NCBI GenBank assembly: GCA_965238005.1
Contig: OZ250165.1
Location: 4,448,001-4,512,000 of the forward strand
DNA length: 64,000 nt
Direction: 5' to 3'
Origin: Longimicrobiales bacterium
GTDB taxonomy: Bacteria; Gemmatimonadota; Gemmatimonadetes; Longimicrobiales; Gaopeijiaceae
The notes beneath the pieces were generated by a model, which was not told where the DNA came from, made no database searches, and worked only from the letters and a program-made list of their open reading frames with translations. The stretch's first letter is position 1. Every line of letters starts with the position of its first letter. Below, piece after piece: positions 59,596 through 64,000 of the stretch. The position numbers and the translations under genes were made by a program.

Positions 59596-60459
59596 CTACC
59601 GTCCCACGAACTTCTCGATAGCCTTCGCGATCTCGGCCGGCGCGTCTTCCTGGATGTAGTGCTTGGCGTTCAGCCGCGTCGTGCGGACCGATGCGAAGTC
59701 GGCCTTGAAGCGCTCCATGTGGGCCGATCCGAACAACGGATCGTAGATCCCCCAGGTCAGGAGCAGCGGGAGCTGGCTCAGCACTTCGGGCGCCTCGTCG
59801 GCGATGGCTCCAAGCCATAGAGCCGCCCTGGTGATCTCCTTGGGGAGCTCCGCCACGCCGGCTCGAGAGTCCAGCGTGCGCAGGGGGCCACGGTAGTGAT
59901 CTAGGACCTCGGGGGCGAGCTTATACTTCACTCCCATGGGCATGATCCTCTCCACGAGGAGGTTCTTCTTGAAGATCTGAGCCTGGACGAACCCCGTGGA
60001 CATGACCTTCGAGAATCCCTGCATGAGGAGGGAGTCGGCGGGCCAGTACCAGGTGTTGCCCATGACCAGGGAGCGCATGCGGCCGCGCTCGTTCAGTGCC
60101 ACCCGCATCCCGATGGGCCCGCCCCAGTCCTGTCCCATGATGGTCAGGTCGTCGAGACCCAGCTCACGCACGAGCTCGCTCACGACGTCTGCGTGCTCGG
60201 CCGCCGTGTATCCGTATGTGGGGGGTTGGACGGAGAGGCCGAAGCCCGGATAGTCCACGGCGATGCACCGGAAGTGCTTCCTCAGGCGGATGACGATGCC
60301 CCGGTAGAGGAAACTCCACGTGGGGTTGCCGTGGAGGAAGAGGATGGGCGGTCCCGAGCCCTCGTCGAGGTAGTGGACCTGCCCCACGCTGCTCTGGAAC
60401 CAGCGGGAGTCGAACGGATAGAGCGATCGATCCGGGACGAAGGGTTCCGCGGTCGACAT
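59596..60459 (-). CDS. Haloalkane dehalogenase-like alpha/beta hydrolase
   Basis: HGNPTWSFLYR, GQDWGG (Asp nucleophile) and HYIQED. Confidence 0.85.
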   Translation of the reverse strand: MSTAEPFVPDRSLYPFDSRWFQSSVGQVHYLDEGSGPPILFLHGNPTWSFLYRGIVIRLRKHFRCIAVDYPGFGLSVQPPTYGYTAAEHADVVSELVRELGLDDLTIMGQDWGGPIGMRVALNERGRMRSLVMGNTWYWPADSLLMQGFSKVMSTGFVQAQIFKKNLLVERIMPMGVKYKLAPEVLDHYRGPLRTLDSRAGVAELPKEITRAALWLGAIADEAPEVLSQLPLLLTWGIYDPLFGSAHMERFKADFASVRTTRLNAKHYIQEDAPAEIAKAIEKFVGR

Positions 60460-60486
60460 TACCAATCGATCATCGGTAACAGGCCT

Positions 60487-60861
60487 CTAGACCATGGCCA
60501 GTTTGCGAGGCGTGATGGGCTCGATGGTCTTTCCGGGCTCCCACTGGGTCACCCCTGGGTGGAGCCGGGCGAGGCGGGGTTCTTCCACACCGACCCCTGC
60601 TCGATGCGCTCCTGGCTTGCCCCGGCGCTTCCCGGCTACGGAGCAGACGAAGCCCCCGTTCCTCACGGCGTTCCGCCCGACCGGGGACTCGCTGGCGCCG
60701 GTCTCCGGATTGACCGTCGACAGCGCGAGATACGGGAAGTCTCCCAGGGTCTCGTCGTAGAAGAGGCAGACGTATGCGGGCGTGATCTCGTCGGTGTTGA
60801 TCTGATCGCGAAGCCCGACCTTGAGCTCCTCGGTGAGCTCCAGGTCCTTGCCGCCGGCCAA
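60487..60861 (-). CDS. Hypothetical protein
   Basis: ORF in operon position with a GGGAGGG RBS; no family recognised. Confidence 0.5.
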   Translation of the reverse strand: MAGGKDLELTEELKVGLRDQINTDEITPAYVCLFYDETLGDFPYLALSTVNPETGASESPVGRNAVRNGGFVCSVAGKRRGKPGAHRAGVGVEEPRLARLHPGVTQWEPGKTIEPITPRKLAMV

Positions 60862-60882
60862 CTGAGCCCCCCTCCCACCCGA

Positions 60883-62271
60883 TTACGAGAAGTCGGCGCC
60901 GAAGAACATGACGGCGATGAGGATGGCCGCCACCGCGGCGGGGGCGACGAAGCGGATGAAGAACCGCCACGCCCCGTAGTTGAACCAGCCCGGTGTAGTC
61001 TCGTCGACGAGCTCCGACTCGGTGTCCTCGCGGGACATGAACCAGCCGGTGGCCAGGGTGATCAGCAGCCCGCCGATGGGGAGGGCCCAGTTGGAGGCGA
61101 AGTGGTCGAGCGTCGCGAAGACGCCGGGCTTCCCGGCGAAGATCTCGAAGCTGGACAGCGCGGGCAGGGCGCCGAAGGACAGCGCTGACAGGATCGTGAA
61201 GACGAAGATCGAGCCGCCGCTCAACAGGGTGGCTTTGGAGCGGCTCATCTTGCGCTCGTCGATGAAGTAGCTCACCACGACCTCGAGCAGCGAGATCGTG
61301 GACGTGAGGGCGGCGAGCGCCACCAGCACGTAGAAGAGGGGCCCCAGGATCCGGCCGAAGGGCACGACCTCGTAGAAGAGCTGTGGCAGGGAGATGAACA
61401 GCATCCCGGCCGCCCCCTTGTTCACCTGATCGGCCATGCCCGGGACGGTGAAGATGACCGAGAACATGACGATGGTGGCGAACAGGGCGATGATGGTGTC
61501 GAGGGCGACGATGACCCCGGCGGTGTTCACCAGCGACCTGCCCCGCTGCACGTACGACCCGTAGGTGATCATGGCGCCCATGCCCAGCGACAGGGTGAAG
61601 AACGAGTGCCCAAGCGCCTCGAGGATCCCACGTGACTGCAGCTCGCTGAAGTTGGGCCGGAAGATGAAGGCCAGCGCCTCGCCAGAGCCCTCCATGGTCA
61701 GAGCGCTCAGGAGGAGCATGATGAGGATCCCGAACAGGACGGGCAGGAAGATGCGGGTCACCCGTTCGATTCCGCTGTGGACCCCGAAGTACACGACCCA
61801 AACCGTCGCCGCCATGAACAGGCCGGAAAGAATGAACTGTGTTCCGCCGTTGCCGATCAGATCGGTGAACACGGTTCCTGCTTCCAGCCCGACGGGGAAG
61901 CCTCGGAGGCTCCATCCCACCGTCTTCACGAAGTAGATCAGTGACCACCCGGCAACGACGGCGTAGTAACTGAGAATGATGAACCCTGCCATCACCCCCC
62001 AAGCGCCGACCCAGCCCCAGAGCGGACCGACGGCCTCCTTCAGGGCGCCCACGGGGCTCTTCTGCGTCTTACGGCCGATGAGGAGCTCGGCCATCATGAT
62101 GGGGAGGCCCACGGCCGCGATGCAGGCCAGATAGAGGAGTACGAACGCCCCGCCCCCGTTCACCCAGGTGATGAATGGGAATTTCCAGAGGTTTCCCAGA
62201 CCGATGGCGCTACCGGTGGCCGCCAGGATGAAGCCCAGGTTGGAGCTCCACTGGTCGCGGGGCTGATTCAT
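60883..62271 (-). CDS. Sodium-dependent transporter (NSS/SNF family)
   Basis: GSAIGLGNLWKFP...NGGGAF and FFTLSLGMG. Confidence 0.93.
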   Translation of the reverse strand: MNQPRDQWSSNLGFILAATGSAIGLGNLWKFPFITWVNGGGAFVLLYLACIAAVGLPIMMAELLIGRKTQKSPVGALKEAVGPLWGWVGAWGVMAGFIILSYYAVVAGWSLIYFVKTVGWSLRGFPVGLEAGTVFTDLIGNGGTQFILSGLFMAATVWVVYFGVHSGIERVTRIFLPVLFGILIMLLLSALTMEGSGEALAFIFRPNFSELQSRGILEALGHSFFTLSLGMGAMITYGSYVQRGRSLVNTAGVIVALDTIIALFATIVMFSVIFTVPGMADQVNKGAAGMLFISLPQLFYEVVPFGRILGPLFYVLVALAALTSTISLLEVVVSYFIDERKMSRSKATLLSGGSIFVFTILSALSFGALPALSSFEIFAGKPGVFATLDHFASNWALPIGGLLITLATGWFMSREDTESELVDETTPGWFNYGAWRFFIRFVAPAAVAAILIAVMFFGADFS

Positions 62272-62466
62272 CGATTACCCTCCGGGGCAGATAGGCCGTT
62301 TGAAGTTCGCCCCAACATATCCGTGCCTTCGAGCTTCGGACAAGGAAAGGATTTCGCATGCAGAATCCCGGGGACCCCCGCCCAGGGGCACTTCCGTGGC
62401 CCGGTGAGAGTAGGTAGTGACCGATCCGGATTTTCGCGCATCCGGGGCGGGAGATACGTTCGTGGC

Positions 62467-64000
62467 ATGACGACAAGATGCAGGAGACGCCCGTGGGGTT
62501 GGAGTGCGCCCCGGCCGACAACGGTTCTGATCGCGGCCCTGGTGGCGTCGATGCTCGGCGCCGGACCGCTCTCGGCGCAGATCGGTCCGGAGGGGAGTGG
62601 CGTCGTGGAGGCCGGACTAACGCTCCGGCGGCTCGATGGAGTCAAGCGAGTGCTCATGATCGGGGCTCACCCCGACGACGAGGATACCGGTCTGCTTACG
62701 GCCCTGGCCCGGGGTATGGGGGTCGAGACGGCGTATCTCTCCCTGACCCGGGGGGACGGCGGCCAGAACCTCATCGGTCCCGAGCTCGGCGAGAGTCTCG
62801 GAATCATCCGCACCGGGGAGCTCGAGGCGGCGCGCAGGTTGGACGGCGGGCGGCAGTTCTTCACGCGGGCCTACGACTATGGCTTCTCCAAGAGCGCCGA
62901 CGAGGCGTTCGCCCACTGGCCCAGGGACGAGGTCCTGAGGGACGTGGTGTGGGTGATCCGTACCTTCCGTCCACAGGTCATCGTCTCGGTCTGGTCCGGG
63001 ACGCCCCGCGACGGCCACGGACAACACCAGGCCAGCGGCATACTTGCCAGCGCGGCCTTCGATGCGGCGGCCGACCCGACGAGATTCGCAGATCTGCCGA
63101 GAGGCGGGGACCGGCCCTGGAGGGCGGACAAGCTCTACCACTCCGTTCGCCGCAGCCCTGAGCCGCCGCCTGTCACGGTGCCCACCGGGACGTTCGACCC
63201 CCTTCTCGGCCGATCCTACTTACAGTTGGCCATGGAGAGCCGGAGCCAACACAGATCCCAGGCTTTGGGAGTCCCTCAGCCTCTCGGCCAGCAGGCCTCG
63301 GGCCTTCGGCTCGCGAAGAGTCACGTGCAGGAGCCGGCCGGCGACGACGGGATGTTCGCCGGAGTCGACACGACGCTGGCCGGGCTCACGGCGGGGTTGC
63401 CGGGGGAGACGGCCGTGCCGATCCGGGAGCACCTCAGGGCGTACCGGACCGCCGTCCACGATGCCGCCCAGTCCTTGGACGCTCTTCGGCCCGAGCGGGC
63501 GGCCGTACCGCTGGCTCTGGCCTATCGCCACCTCCAGGCGACCTTCGAGCTCGCCCGAGACCTGGCGGACGCTGGATCGATCCTGGCCGAAGTCCTGGCG
63601 GTGCGGGCCGCTCAGGTCCGCTGGGCGCTTCTCAAGACAGCGTCCATCGTGGTCGATGTCAGGGCCAGCGACGATCTCGTGACCGCAGGCCAGGAGGTGG
63701 ATCTGGACGTGCGGGTCTGGAACGGCGGGCCGTTCCGCATAGACGGAGCGCTCGTCCGGACCGCGGGGCCGGGAGAGTGGGCCGGCGGATCGGCGGAGTT
63801 CGTCGCTGCCGACGGGCAGACCCTCGATCCTCGGAGGCTGGATTCCGGGGACGTGGCGCGCTGGAGCTACCGGGTGCGCCTCGATGACGCGCTCCCAGTG
63901 TCCCGTCTCTACTACCTCGAGTCCCCGCGGGACGGGGACATGTATCGGTGGACGGGTACCGAAGGCTCGGAGAGCCTCCCTCGAAATTGGAGGGCACTCC
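62467..64000 (+). CDS. PIG-L/LmbE-family deacetylase, secreted (runs off the right edge)
   Basis: My translation: signal peptide, MIGAHPDDED, LTRGDGGQNLIG, TRAYDYGFSK and GHGQHQ. Confidence 0.88.
   Translation, partial: MTTRCRRRPWGWSAPRPTTVLIAALVASMLGAGPLSAQIGPEGSGVVEAGLTLRRLDGVKRVLMIGAHPDDEDTGLLTALARGMGVETAYLSLTRGDGGQNLIGPELGESLGIIRTGELEAARRLDGGRQFFTRAYDYGFSKSADEAFAHWPRDEVLRDVVWVIRTFRPQVIVSVWSGTPRDGHGQHQASGILASAAFDAAADPTRFADLPRGGDRPWRADKLYHSVRRSPEPPPVTVPTGTFDPLLGRSYLQLAMESRSQHRSQALGVPQPLGQQASGLRLAKSHVQEPAGDDGMFAGVDTTLAGLTAGLPGETAVPIREHLRAYRTAVHDAAQSLDALRPERAAVPLALAYRHLQATFELARDLADAGSILAEVLAVRAAQVRWALLKTASIVVDVRASDDLVTAGQEVDLDVRVWNGGPFRIDGALVRTAGPGEWAGGSAEFVAADGQTLDPRRLDSGDVARWSYRVRLDDALPVSRLYYLESPRDGDMYRWTGTEGSESLPRNWRAL

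Noticed and set aside
7247..64000. attR copy of the tRNA-Pro(GGG) 3' end
   Set aside because: Searched by eye and not found, so the right end of the island is left undefined.

Overview
High-GC bacterial chromosomal window. The protein styles suggest Gemmatimonadota or a relative, but this is an inference. (1) 1-7 kb: a DUF3419/GNAT pair, then a minus-strand operon of 17 CCA-less tRNAs (3265-5598). It has a sigma70 promoter, an internal terminator/antiterminator-type structured RNA after tRNA-fMet, and duplicated 3' ends (att scars) at its three most distal tRNAs. (2) About 7.2-22 kb: an element integrated at tRNA-Pro(GGG) with phage-satellite (PICI-like) gene content: tyrosine integrase, Xis-like protein, Prim-Pol/PriCT/AAA primase-helicase, divergent HTH repressor, repeat-rich ori/pac-like region and a stand-alone small terminase. 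It also carries an IS481-split Schlafen/AlbA ATP-binding gene, a controller-like XRE and a GHKL ATPase + TcmP + DUF5131 radical-SAM trio (candidate defence or DNA-modification system). (3) 22-59 kb: a mosaic, partly decayed accessory region with an exported RidA/SelA-like/amidohydrolase/PQQ-type dehydrogenase/lactonase cluster, many peptidases, two inverted IS1182 copies and many gene fragments. (4) 59.5-64 kb: ordinary genes. All calls come from reading motifs by eye; no database searches were run.
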